The notes beneath the pieces were generated by a model. The model worked only from the letters and a program-made list of their open reading frames with translations. It did not search any database and was not told where the DNA came from. Below are positions 1 to 8,021 of a stretch of 32,000 bases of DNA, piece by piece. The position numbers were made by a program, and so were the translations under genes. Each line of letters begins with the position of its first letter. The stretch's first letter is position 1. The DNA comes from Sinorhizobium meliloti (lineage in GTDB: Bacteria; Pseudomonadota; Alphaproteobacteria; Rhizobiales; Rhizobiaceae): contig NZ_JAGIOS010000002.1 in assembly GCF_017876815.1 (NCBI RefSeq), positions 1,616,043 to 1,648,042 of the forward strand, given 5' to 3'.

Positions 1-326
1 ATCGTCGTATGGCCGTCATGGCCGCAGGCATGCATCTTCCCCGCTACCGTGGATTTGTAGGGCCGGTCGGCGAGTTCCGGCATGGCGAGCGCATCCATGT
101 CGGCGCGCAGGCCGATCGCGCGCGTGCCGTTGCCGACCTGCAGCGTGCCAACGACGCCTGTCTTGCCGAGGCCGCGGTGGATCCTGAGGCCTGCTTCTTC
201 GAGGATTCTCGCCACAAGATCGCTCGTCCGCTCTTCCTCGAAACCGAGTTCGGGATGAGCATGCAGGTCGCGGCGAAAGGCCGTGAGAAAGGTCAGATCG
301 TCGGCAATCCCGGGGGGCACGCGCAT
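1..326 (-). CDS. M20D-family amidohydrolase (hippurate hydrolase / aminoacylase-like), N-terminal 108 codons; gene runs off the left edge
   Basis: Own translation of the minus strand from ATG 326: MRVPPGIADDLTFLTAFRRDLHAHPELGFEEERTSDLVARILEEAGLRIHRGLGKTGVVGTLQVGNGTRAIGLRADMDALAMPELADRPYKSTVAGKMHACGHDGHTT. The HAHPEL..EE and MHACGHDGH motifs are typical of M20D enzymes. AAGGAA lies 9 nt upstream. It is the only ATG/GTG/TTG in the open frame back to the upstream stop. It is absent from the ORF track because no stop lies in the window. Confidence 0.7.
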   Translation of the reverse strand, partial: MRVPPGIADDLTFLTAFRRDLHAHPELGFEEERTSDLVARILEEAGLRIHRGLGKTGVVGTLQVGNGTRAIGLRADMDALAMPELADRPYKSTVAGKMHACGHDGHTT

Positions 327-477
327 CGGCAGGCATTCCTTGAGCAGTCTGGAAAGAGCCTGAATTCCCCAGCTTTGGTTGCTGGGACGTGCCCTTTCGG
401 TTTGATCGAAGCGGCAATGGGTATAGACGAAAAACTTAGGGATCAGAACCTTTTACTAAGTCGAATGGACGCCAGGC

Positions 478-1188
478 ATGACTGAAACGAAACCGATGGA
501 GCCGCACGATTACTGGCAGGAGGTCTTTCCACCCGGCAGCTTTGTCGGAGACGGCGGCTTCCGCACCTTTTTTCCAGCCACTCTCGCGGACGGACGCCAA
601 ATCCTCCTGCCGATCCGGCCGCTTTCGGACGGCAGACATGCGCTCGCCTCGCTGATCATCAATCAGGCGAGCTTCGAGGTGGAGGACGCGCTCGCTGAGG
701 AACTGGCCGCCCGACTGGCGCCCTTCCGACCGGAAATCGTCGCGGGTCTTCCGACACTCGGCCTGACGCTCGCCGCAGCCCTTGCCCGCAAGCTCGGCCA
801 CAAGCGCTATGTGCCGCTCGGAACCTCGCGAAAATTCTGGTACGTCGACGATCTCTCCGTTCCCCTGTCGTCCATCACGACGCCCGGTCAGAAAAAGCGG
901 CTCTATGTCGATCCCCGCATGCTGCCGCTGTTGCGGGGCCGGCGAGTCGTGCTGATCGACGATGTGATATCGAGCGGAGCCTCGATCCTTGCCGGCCTGT
1001 CGCTGATGGCGGCCTGCGGCATCGAGCCGGTCGCGATCGGTGCCGCCATGTTGCAGTCGGAACGGTGGCGCCAGCCGCTCGCCGAACTCTCTCCGCAATG
1101 GCCGGATCGGACTGTAGGAGTCTTCGCGACGCCGATGCTCGTCCGGGCCGACGACGGTGCCTGGACCGCGTCCGATTCTCGGATCTAG
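478..1188 (+). CDS. Type-I phosphoribosyltransferase family protein (substrate unknown)
   Basis: 236-aa ORF with ATG at 478. PRPP-binding signature RRVVLIDDVISSGASI. Diverges from the amidohydrolase gene and sits directly upstream of the purine permease. No finer family assignment is possible by eye. Confidence 0.72.
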   Translation: MTETKPMEPHDYWQEVFPPGSFVGDGGFRTFFPATLADGRQILLPIRPLSDGRHALASLIINQASFEVEDALAEELAARLAPFRPEIVAGLPTLGLTLAAALARKLGHKRYVPLGTSRKFWYVDDLSVPLSSITTPGQKKRLYVDPRMLPLLRGRRVVLIDDVISSGASILAGLSLMAACGIEPVAIGAAMLQSERWRQPLAELSPQWPDRTVGVFATPMLVRADDGAWTASDSRI

Positions 1189-1468
1189 CATCGCCGGCGC
1201 CCGAAGGAATGCCCCCGGAATTCGCTGGAAAACTTGAAAGTCTTTCGCGCTCGGCGTCGAAATCGGTGGCTAGCGGTCATGCGCGCGAAAACGCACAATC
1301 GGGTGCTTGCGATGGCGACCCATCCGGCGAGGCCGCACGGCCTGGATCATACACCCTGAAGGTATCGGGGCGCGCGATCAAATTGCAATGGCCGGGCTCT
1401 TGGAGGAGCAACACACCCGGTCTCTGTCGTTCGGCTGCGTCGAGATGACGTCTGCCAAGGGAGGAAAA

Positions 1469-2761
1469 ATGTTTGAACGACTCTTCAAGCTTAAGGAGCA
1501 CGGCACGACCGTTCGCACGGAAGTGATCGCCGGCGTCACGACGTTCCTTACGATGTCCTACATCATCTTCGTCAATCCTGACATTCTGTCGACCACGGGC
1601 ATGGACCGCAACGCGATTTTCGTCGCGACCTGTCTTGCGGCCGCTCTGGGCTCCGCCGTCATGGCGCTTGTCGCCAATTGGCCGATCGGCATGGCGCCGG
1701 GCATGGGCCTCAACGCATTCTTCGCCTTCACGGTCGTGGCCGCCCTCGGCTTCACCTGGCAGCAGGCGCTCGGCGCGGTCTTCATCTCCGGCATCATCTT
1801 CCTGTTCTTGACTGTCACGGGGGTTCGAAGTTGGCTGATCGCTGGGATCCCGCATTCGCTTCGCAGCGCGATTGCGACCGGTATCGGCCTGTTCCTGGGC
1901 ATCATCGCCCTGAAAAACGCCGGCATCGTCGTCGACAACCCGGCGACGCTGGTCGGCCTCGGCGATCTCAAGCAGACCGGACCGCTGCTCGCGATCCTCG
2001 GCTTCTTCGTCATCGCCGTGCTCGACGCGCTCAATGTCCGCGGATCCATCCTCATCGGCATCCTGGTGGTAACGGTTCTGTCGATGTTCCTCGGCGTATC
2101 GGAATTCCAGGGCATCGTCTCTGCGCCTCCGAGCATTGCGCCGACCTTCCTCCAGCTCGACATCATGGGCGCCCTGCATGGCGGTCTCGTCCACGTCATT
2201 CTAGTCTTCGTGCTGGTCGAGGTCTTCGACGCGACCGGCACGCTGATCGGTGTCGCCAAGCGCGCGAAACTGGTGGAAGAGGGCAAGCCCAGCCGTCTCG
2301 GGCGTGCATTGCTTGCCGACAGCTCGGCCATCGTCGCCGGCTCGCTGATGGGCACCAGCAGCACGACCGCCTATGTCGAAAGCGCCTCGGGCGTGCAGGC
2401 GGGCGGGCGCACCGGTCTAACGGCGCTGACGATCTCGGTGCTGTTCCTCGCCGCGCTCTTCATCTCGCCGCTTGCCGCCGCCGTCCCGTCCTATGCGACC
2501 GCGCCGGCACTGCTTTACGTTGCCGGTCTGATGATGCGTGAGCTCACCGAGATCGAATGGGACGACCTGACGGAGGCGGCACCCGCGGCGCTAACCGCTA
2601 TCGCCATGCCCTTCACCTATTCGATCGCCAACGGTCTCGCCTTCGGCTTCGTAAGCTACGTGGTCCTCAAGGTCTGCACCGGCAAGTGGAACGTCATCCA
2701 CCCGGCGACCCAGCTCGTCGCGGCACTGTTCATCGTCCGCTTCGCATTCTTCGCCGAGTGA
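1469..2761 (+). CDS. NCS2/AzgA-type purine (adenine/guanine/hypoxanthine) permease
   Basis: The ORF track frame is 1307..2761. I place the start at ATG 1469 (MFERLFKLKEHGTTVRTEVIAGVTTFLTMSYIIFVNP), with a GGGAGG SD about 5 nt upstream. The 430-aa product has many hydrophobic spans. Its N-terminus and length are typical of PbuG/GhxP/AdeQ-like permeases. The 54 residues upstream in the ORF track are Arg-rich and not protein-like. Confidence 0.9.
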   Translation: MFERLFKLKEHGTTVRTEVIAGVTTFLTMSYIIFVNPDILSTTGMDRNAIFVATCLAAALGSAVMALVANWPIGMAPGMGLNAFFAFTVVAALGFTWQQALGAVFISGIIFLFLTVTGVRSWLIAGIPHSLRSAIATGIGLFLGIIALKNAGIVVDNPATLVGLGDLKQTGPLLAILGFFVIAVLDALNVRGSILIGILVVTVLSMFLGVSEFQGIVSAPPSIAPTFLQLDIMGALHGGLVHVILVFVLVEVFDATGTLIGVAKRAKLVEEGKPSRLGRALLADSSAIVAGSLMGTSSTTAYVESASGVQAGGRTGLTALTISVLFLAALFISPLAAAVPSYATAPALLYVAGLMMRELTEIEWDDLTEAAPAALTAIAMPFTYSIANGLAFGFVSYVVLKVCTGKWNVIHPATQLVAALFIVRFAFFAE

Positions 2762-2770
2762 CCGAACAGG

Positions 2771-2806
2771 GTTGGGGAGGGTCGCGACCGGCGCGGCCCC
2801 TCCAAC
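2771..2806 (+). terminator. GC-rich imperfect hairpin just after the permease stop (possible terminator)
   Basis: GTTGGGGAGGG..CGCGaccggCGCG..CCCCTCCAAC forms a long bulged stem, followed by ..CTCTTT. The U-tract is weak, so intrinsic termination is uncertain. Confidence 0.3.
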
Positions 2807-2951
2807 CCGCCACGCTCTTTGGCAAGCCGACGAACCTCTGGCGTTCTTGCCGGCCCAAAGACATACTCCTCGACTTCGCGGCGCTTGCGGGACAGCGTTG
2901 GACTTGAGTAACCCATCGTGATAGGTTACTAGCGCGGTCTGGGCTGATGGC

Positions 2952-3041
2952 ATGAAGCGGGGCGATGTGCGCCGGGCGGTGCAGATCGTCAACGAACGGC
3001 AACAGCAATTCCTCGGCAGATGGAGGGAGATTCATGGCTGA
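2952..3041 (+). pseudogene. Possible C-terminal remnant of a DUF4160-type gene (29 codons)
   Basis: ATG 2952 gives MKRGDVRRAVQIVNERQQQFLGRWREIHG, then a stop. An in-frame TAG at 2922 prevents any longer N-terminus. Its stop (3039-3041) overlaps the DUF2442 start (3034) by 8 nt, the usual layout of DUF4160/DUF2442 pairs. The family call rests only on position and on weak resemblance of the ...V.E...EL...W tail. Confidence 0.3.
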
Positions 3042-3441
3042 ACTGACGGGCACCCAGATCGACGCAGCTTTGGAAAGCGGCCGGATAGCGCGAGAGACAG
3101 AGCCGCGTGCTGCATCTGCGCGCTATGACGAGCGAAGCGGCCGCATTGTCGTGGAGTTGATCAATGGCTGCACGTTCGCCTTTCCGCCACGCCTGGCGCA
3201 GGGACTGGAAGATGGAAGCAGCGATCAGCTCGCCGCAGTCGAGATCCTTGGGGAAGGTTATGGCCTGCATTGGGAAGCCTTGGACGTCGATCTTTCGATT
3301 CCGGGCCTTTTGGCCGGCATATTCGGCACCAAGGCTTATATGGCACGAAGGGCAGGGCAAGCGACATCGCCGGCGAAGGCAGCAGCCGCGCGTGCTAATG
3401 GTGCCAAGGGCGGGCGGCCGCGCAAAGCGGCCCGCGGCTAG
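3034..3441 (+). CDS. DUF2442-family small protein with AT-hook-like basic tail
   Basis: Start refined to ATG 3034, with a GGAGGGAG SD 6 nt upstream. Sequence: MAELTGTQIDAALESGRIARETEPRAASARYDERSGRIVVELINGCTFAFPPRLAQGLEDGSSDQLAAVEILGEGYGLHWEALDVDLSIPGLL. This matches the DUF2442 pattern (..V.L..G..F.FP...L......QL..VEI...G.GLHW..LD.DLS..GLL). The C-terminus is ANGAKGGRPRKAARG. Confidence 0.65.
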   Translation: MAELTGTQIDAALESGRIARETEPRAASARYDERSGRIVVELINGCTFAFPPRLAQGLEDGSSDQLAAVEILGEGYGLHWEALDVDLSIPGLLAGIFGTKAYMARRAGQATSPAKAAAARANGAKGGRPRKAARG

Positions 3442-3534
3442 AGCGGATGAGAAAAGTGTGCGCGGTTCTTCGCCGGAATCCCGCTCTAACCTATTGGAAT
3501 CGGTCGCGTTCATTCAGGTCGACCAGACCCGAAG

Positions 3535-4557
3535 TCATCGTGATCTGGGGTCAGCGACCCGGCCGTAAATGCGCAGCCGGCTGACGCCGCCATCCGGGTA
3601 GATGTTCAGGCGCACATGCGTGACCGGATCGGCATGTCTGAGCATATCGGACCCATACTCATGGACGCTGTCGGCCGAAAGCTTCCGGTGCGGCAGAAGC
3701 TCGTTCCAGAACATCGCGGAGGAGGCAACGAGCATGTCGCACTCGGCAGTCATGCCTCCGAGGTCAGCCGCCTGTAGCGAGCAAGCATCCGGATAGTTGC
3801 CTTTGAAATGCGCGGTATCGACGAGGATCCGTTCGACGTGCCCGCGTGCGGCAAGCTTGACGATGATCCAGTCGTAGCCCGGTTCGCGCCGCCTGCGCGT
3901 TTCCCAGCCGTCGCCCATATTCGCGCCCCGCCCTGGGGCAATGAGGCGCTCGTGGCCGTAATGGCCGTTGGAGAAGGCGACGATCCGACCGCCGAGCAGG
4001 CAGGACGCAAGATCGATCGTCTCGTTCGCCATAGCCTTGAGATCGAGTGCCGGAGTGCCGTAGACCCGAAGCCGGGCGATACCTCCATCCGGATGGATGC
4101 GCAGCCGGATATGGCTGTAGACCGCGTCGGAGTGCGCGGCGAAGAAGTGATGTGCATTCGGTCCGAGGCCGGTGACCGGCAGCAGTTGGACCCACTCGGT
4201 CGCCTCGTCCGGATCTTCTGCCGAATGACAGGCTTCTATCGAGCAGGCGCTCGGATAATTGCCGGTGAAGTGCGACGTGTCGACGTCGAAGCCGGCAATC
4301 CGCCCTTTCGCGGCGAGCGCGATAACCGCGTAGTCGTGGCCGGCGCCGCGGCGGCGGCGGGTTTCCCAGCCGTCCATCCATTTGCCGTGATCGTCGTAAA
4401 GGCCGGGGTGGAATGCGGCCGGTTCGTCCTTTAGCATACGCTCCAGCGGGCCGAAGAATTCGTCCGTCGCAAAGAGCGCCCGGGCGCCAAGGCCTGCGGA
4501 AGCGAGGTTGATTGTCCCGCCCGCAAAGCCGGGCAGGACTTCGCCGGCACGCGTCAT
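3535..4557 (-). CDS. alc: Allantoicase (allantoate amidinohydrolase)
   Basis: 340 aa with two internal allantoicase repeats: DGWETRRRRGAGHDYAVI...VDTSHFTGNYPSACSIEA and DGWETRRRREPGYDWIIV...VDTAHFKGNYPDACSLQA. ATG 4557 lies 9 nt after the stop of the upstream puuE-uraD gene, so the two form an operon. Confidence 0.9.
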   Translation of the reverse strand: MTRAGEVLPGFAGGTINLASAGLGARALFATDEFFGPLERMLKDEPAAFHPGLYDDHGKWMDGWETRRRRGAGHDYAVIALAAKGRIAGFDVDTSHFTGNYPSACSIEACHSAEDPDEATEWVQLLPVTGLGPNAHHFFAAHSDAVYSHIRLRIHPDGGIARLRVYGTPALDLKAMANETIDLASCLLGGRIVAFSNGHYGHERLIAPGRGANMGDGWETRRRREPGYDWIIVKLAARGHVERILVDTAHFKGNYPDACSLQAADLGGMTAECDMLVASSAMFWNELLPHRKLSADSVHEYGSDMLRHADPVTHVRLNIYPDGGVSRLRIYGRVADPRSR

Positions 4558-4566
4558 GGCGCCGCC

Positions 4567-5982
4567 TCAGTCCGGCAGCGTGTCGCGCAGCCGCAGGAGC
4601 GCGATCCGCTCCACCTGGCGGCACGCGGTGACGAATTCCGTCTCCCGATCGTTGCCGATACGGTTCTCGAAGGCGGCAAGGATCTCGTCCTTGCTGCGCC
4701 CCTTGACGGCCAGGATGAAGGGGAAGCCGAACTTCTCGACATAGGCATTGTTGAGGGTCGTGAAACGCTCGCGCTCCTGATCCGTCAGTGCGTCGAGGCC
4801 CGCCGAGGCTTGTTCCGAAGTCGAGCTCTCGGTCAGGCGTTTCGCCTGGGCGAGCTTGCCGGAAAGATCGGGGTGGGCGGTGAGGACGGCAAGCCGTTCC
4901 TCTTCGCTTGCCTCGCGAAAGACCGCGCAGAGCGCCGCGTGCAGTCCCGTCGCCGTATCGTTGGCCGGGCCGAGTTCGCCTGCAAAGGCGCGTCTGGCGA
5001 TCCAGTCCGAGTGCTCGAATACCCCTCCGAAGCGATCGATGAAGGCATCCTTCGAAAGCCGCGAGGGACGGTCTTCGTTCGGCTGGAACGGATAGGTCTC
5101 TGCCCAGTAACGGGCAATGTCGATGCGGCGGGCGAGCCAGACCTTCTCGTGGCTCTGCACATAGTCGAGGAAGCGGGCCAGTGCGGCGGCGCGGCCGGGC
5201 CGGCCGACGAGACGGCAGTGAAGGCCGATGCTCATCATCTTCGGCGCGCCGGCAGTTCCCTCGGCGTAGAGAACGTCGAAACTGTCCTTCAGATAGCTGA
5301 AGAACTGGTCGCCGCTGTTGAAGCCCTGTGGCGTTGCGAAGCGCATGTCGTTGGCGTCGAGGGTATAGGGGATGACGAGCTGGTGCCGGCCGGCATGTTC
5401 ATGCCAATAGGGCAGGTCGTCCGCATAGGCGTCGGAGACGTAGTCGAAGCCGCCGGCCTCGGTCACGAGATCGAGCGTGTTCACGGAGCAGCGGCCGGTG
5501 TACCAGCCGGTCGGCCGTTCTCCGGTTACGATCGTGTGGAGGCGGATCGCCTCGGCGATCTCGGCGCGTTCGCGCTCGGCGTCGAAATCCTTGTGCTCGA
5601 TCCATTTGAGGCCGTGGGAGGCGATCTCCCAGCCGGCGTCCTGCATGGCGGCCACCTGGGCGGGCGATCGCTTGAGGGCCGTGGCGACGCCGTAGACGGT
5701 GGCCGGTATTTGCCGGTCGGTGAACAACCGGTGCAGCCGCCAGAATCCGGCGCGCGCCCCGTATTCGTAGATCGATTCCATGTTCCAGTGGCGCTGGGCG
5801 GGCCAGGCCTGAGCGCCGACGATTTCCGAGAGGAAGGCCTCGGACGCCGCGTCGCCGTGAAGCACGCAGTTCTCTCCGCCCTCCTCGTAATTGATCACGA
5901 ATTGAACGGCGATCCGGGCGCCATCGGGCCAGGCGATACGCGGGTTCGGACCATGGCCCAGGAGATCGCGGGGATATCTCAT
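4567..5982 (-). CDS. puuE-uraD: Bifunctional fusion: PuuE-type (polysaccharide-deacetylase fold) allantoinase + OHCU decarboxylase (UraD)
   Basis: Start refined to ATG 5982 (MRYPRDLLGHGPNPR), with GGAGGAG 9 nt upstream; the ORF track start is 6045. N-terminal ~300 aa: IAVQFVINYEEGGE, WEIASHG, MSIGLHCRLVGRPGR (PuuE type). C-terminal ~165 aa: FGGVFEHSDWIA, AHPDLSGK, STSEQASAGL, FGFPFILAVKG (UraD motifs). The domain junction is near 5073. Confidence 0.9.
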   Translation of the reverse strand: MRYPRDLLGHGPNPRIAWPDGARIAVQFVINYEEGGENCVLHGDAASEAFLSEIVGAQAWPAQRHWNMESIYEYGARAGFWRLHRLFTDRQIPATVYGVATALKRSPAQVAAMQDAGWEIASHGLKWIEHKDFDAERERAEIAEAIRLHTIVTGERPTGWYTGRCSVNTLDLVTEAGGFDYVSDAYADDLPYWHEHAGRHQLVIPYTLDANDMRFATPQGFNSGDQFFSYLKDSFDVLYAEGTAGAPKMMSIGLHCRLVGRPGRAAALARFLDYVQSHEKVWLARRIDIARYWAETYPFQPNEDRPSRLSKDAFIDRFGGVFEHSDWIARRAFAGELGPANDTATGLHAALCAVFREASEEERLAVLTAHPDLSGKLAQAKRLTESSTSEQASAGLDALTDQERERFTTLNNAYVEKFGFPFILAVKGRSKDEILAAFENRIGNDRETEFVTACRQVERIALLRLRDTLPD

Positions 5983-6149
5983 AGCAGCAGCTCCTCCAGA
6001 GATTGTCTCGTCGCCCAATTCGTAGCGAGAATTCCGCCCCGCCATTCCCCCCGAAAAATTTGAAAGTCTCGAAGGTTGAACCCGCTACACAAGGGCGCCC
6101 GCGCTTCGGATACTCTATCCTCGATGCTGACTTTCGGAGGAGCGACAGA

Positions 6150-6521
6150 ATGCAAGTTCAAGACGGAACGCCCGGGCGTCTGACGACCCACGTGCTGGAC
6201 ACGGCGAGCGGGAGACCGGCAAGCAATCTGCGCATCGACCTCTACCGGATTGAAGGTGAACGGCCGGAGCTTCTCTCGTCGACCCGCACCAACGATGACG
6301 GGCGCTGCGATGCGCCGCTTCTCAACGGCTCCACGATGGAAACCGGCACCTACGAACTGCGCTTTCACGCCGGCGAATATCTCGGCACTGCGGCCGAGCG
6401 CGGCGCGAACCCGTTTCTCGACGTGATTCCGATCCGCTTCGGGATCGCCGACCGGGCCGCGCATTATCACGTGCCGCTCCTGCTTTCGCCCTACGGCTAT
6501 TCCACCTATCGCGGGAGCTGA
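6150..6521 (+). CDS. uraH: 5-hydroxyisourate hydrolase (transthyretin-like)
   Basis: Start refined to ATG 6150, with GGAGGAG 8 nt upstream. 123 aa: [24 protein letters not shown] ... [18 protein letters not shown], carrying the diagnostic C-terminal YRGS. The stop lies 5 nt before xdhA. Confidence 0.9.
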
Positions 6522-6526
6522 CGGCA

Positions 6527-8008
6527 ATGACGACCGAAATCCGCAATACGATCCGTTTCCTTTTGAATGACCGGCCCGTCGAGCTTGCCGATGTCTCGCC
6601 GGTGCAGACGCTGCTGGACTTTCTGCGCATCGACCGGAGTCTGCGCGGCACGAAGGAAGGCTGCGCGGAAGGCGACTGCGGCGCCTGCACCGTGCTTGTC
6701 GGCCGGCTTCTCGACGGCAAGCTCAAATACGAATCGGTCAACGCCTGCATCCGCTTCGTGGCCTCGCTTGACGGCTGCCATGTGGTGACGGTCGAAGCGC
6801 TTGCGCAGCCGAACGGGCCGCTGCATCCCGTGCAGCAGGCGATGGTCGACACGCACGCCTCGCAGTGCGGCTTCTGCACACCCGGTTTCGTGATGTCGCT
6901 CTACGGCCTCTGGATGACGAATGCGAAGCCGAGCGTTCAGGAAATCGAGAAGGCGCTGCAGGGCAATCTCTGTCGCTGCACCGGTTATGCGGCGATCATT
7001 CGGGCGGCCGAAGCGATTGCATCGGTCGGCGAGCTCGGCAAGGACCCGCTGATCGTGGAACGCGAGGAGATCACGCGGCAGCTGGAGGCGCTTCGGGACG
7101 GCTGCCGCGTCGAGATCGGCGGCGAAGACGAGCGCGTCGTGCTTCCGGCCTCGCTGGACGATTTCGCTGCGGTTCTCGAGGCGAACCCCAAGGCGACGAT
7201 CGTCGCCGGTTCGACCGATGTCGGGCTCTGGGTCACGAAGTTCATGCGCGACATCGCGCCGGTCGTCCATCTCTCGCATCTGGAAGAACTGCGGCGGATT
7301 TCCATCGCGCCGGACGGTATCACCCTTGCCGCCGGCGTAAGCTACACGGAGGCCTATCCGGTCATCGTCCGGAACTTCCCGCAATTGCGCGAGCTCTGGG
7401 ACCGCATCGGCGGCGAGCAGGTGCGCAACATGGGCACGGTCGGGGGCAATATCGCCAACGGTTCGCCGATCGGCGACACGCCGCCGGCGCTGATCGCACT
7501 TGGCGCTTCGGTGACCCTGCGCAAGGGAACAAGCCGCCGCACGCTGCCTCTGGAAGCCTTCTTTATCGAATACGGAAAACAGGATCGCGAACCCGGCGAA
7601 TTCGTCGAGACTGTCCGGATTCCCTTCCTGGACGAGACCGAGCGCTTCGCTGTCTACAAGATCACGAAACGCTTCGATGAAGATATTTCCGCAGTCTGCG
7701 GCGCGTTCCGCGTGAAGCTCGACGGTGACGGCAAGGTTGCCGACGTCGCTATCGCTTTTGGCGGCATGGCGGGCACGCCGAAGCGCGCGTCGAATGTGGA
7801 GGCCGCTCTCAAGGGCGCGCAATGGAACGACGCTGCCATCGAGGCTGGCGTGGCGGCCTTCGAGCGGGATTTCACGCCGCTCACCGACTGGCGCGCCTCT
7901 TCTGAATATCGGATGCTCGTTGCCAGGAATCTCCTGCGGCGGTTCCATCTGGAAACGCAGGAAACGCGCAATATCCGGATCGACCGCACGGTCGCGGTGG
8001 CTATGTAG
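6527..8008 (+). CDS. xdhA: Xanthine dehydrogenase small subunit (2Fe-2S + FAD domains)
   Basis: 493 aa. Ferredoxin-type CAEGDCGACTV and second cluster CGFCTPGF...CRCTGY. FAD-binding domain with GGNIANGSPIGD. Confidence 0.93.
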   Translation: MTTEIRNTIRFLLNDRPVELADVSPVQTLLDFLRIDRSLRGTKEGCAEGDCGACTVLVGRLLDGKLKYESVNACIRFVASLDGCHVVTVEALAQPNGPLHPVQQAMVDTHASQCGFCTPGFVMSLYGLWMTNAKPSVQEIEKALQGNLCRCTGYAAIIRAAEAIASVGELGKDPLIVEREEITRQLEALRDGCRVEIGGEDERVVLPASLDDFAAVLEANPKATIVAGSTDVGLWVTKFMRDIAPVVHLSHLEELRRISIAPDGITLAAGVSYTEAYPVIVRNFPQLRELWDRIGGEQVRNMGTVGGNIANGSPIGDTPPALIALGASVTLRKGTSRRTLPLEAFFIEYGKQDREPGEFVETVRIPFLDETERFAVYKITKRFDEDISAVCGAFRVKLDGDGKVADVAIAFGGMAGTPKRASNVEAALKGAQWNDAAIEAGVAAFERDFTPLTDWRASSEYRMLVARNLLRRFHLETQETRNIRIDRTVAVAM

Positions 8009-8021
8009 AGAGGGTGGACCC

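Noticed and set aside
9-485. 158-aa plus-strand ORF at the left edge.
   Set aside because: It lies antisense to a clearly M20D-like reading frame (MHACGHDGH etc.), and its own sequence has no family features.
1267-1282. Sigma-54-like TGGC...ATGC upstream of the permease.
   Set aside because: The GG-to-GC spacing is one nucleotide too long, and the -12 element is ATGC rather than TTGC. It is not a credible -24/-12 promoter.
1189-1468. Possible purine/xanthine riboswitch in the 280-nt gap upstream of the permease.
   Set aside because: I could not find the conserved purine-riboswitch core (UAUAAU..GAUAUGG..CCGUAAAU-type junction). I do not remember the NMT1/xanthine motif well enough to match it by eye. 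An Rfam covariance scan is needed before any claim.
2656-2916. 86-aa minus-strand ORF overlapping the 3' end of the permease gene.
   Set aside because: It overlaps about 100 nt of a well-supported gene, has no SD and a basic low-complexity sequence. The region is better explained by two hairpins (2771..2806 and about 2816..2861).
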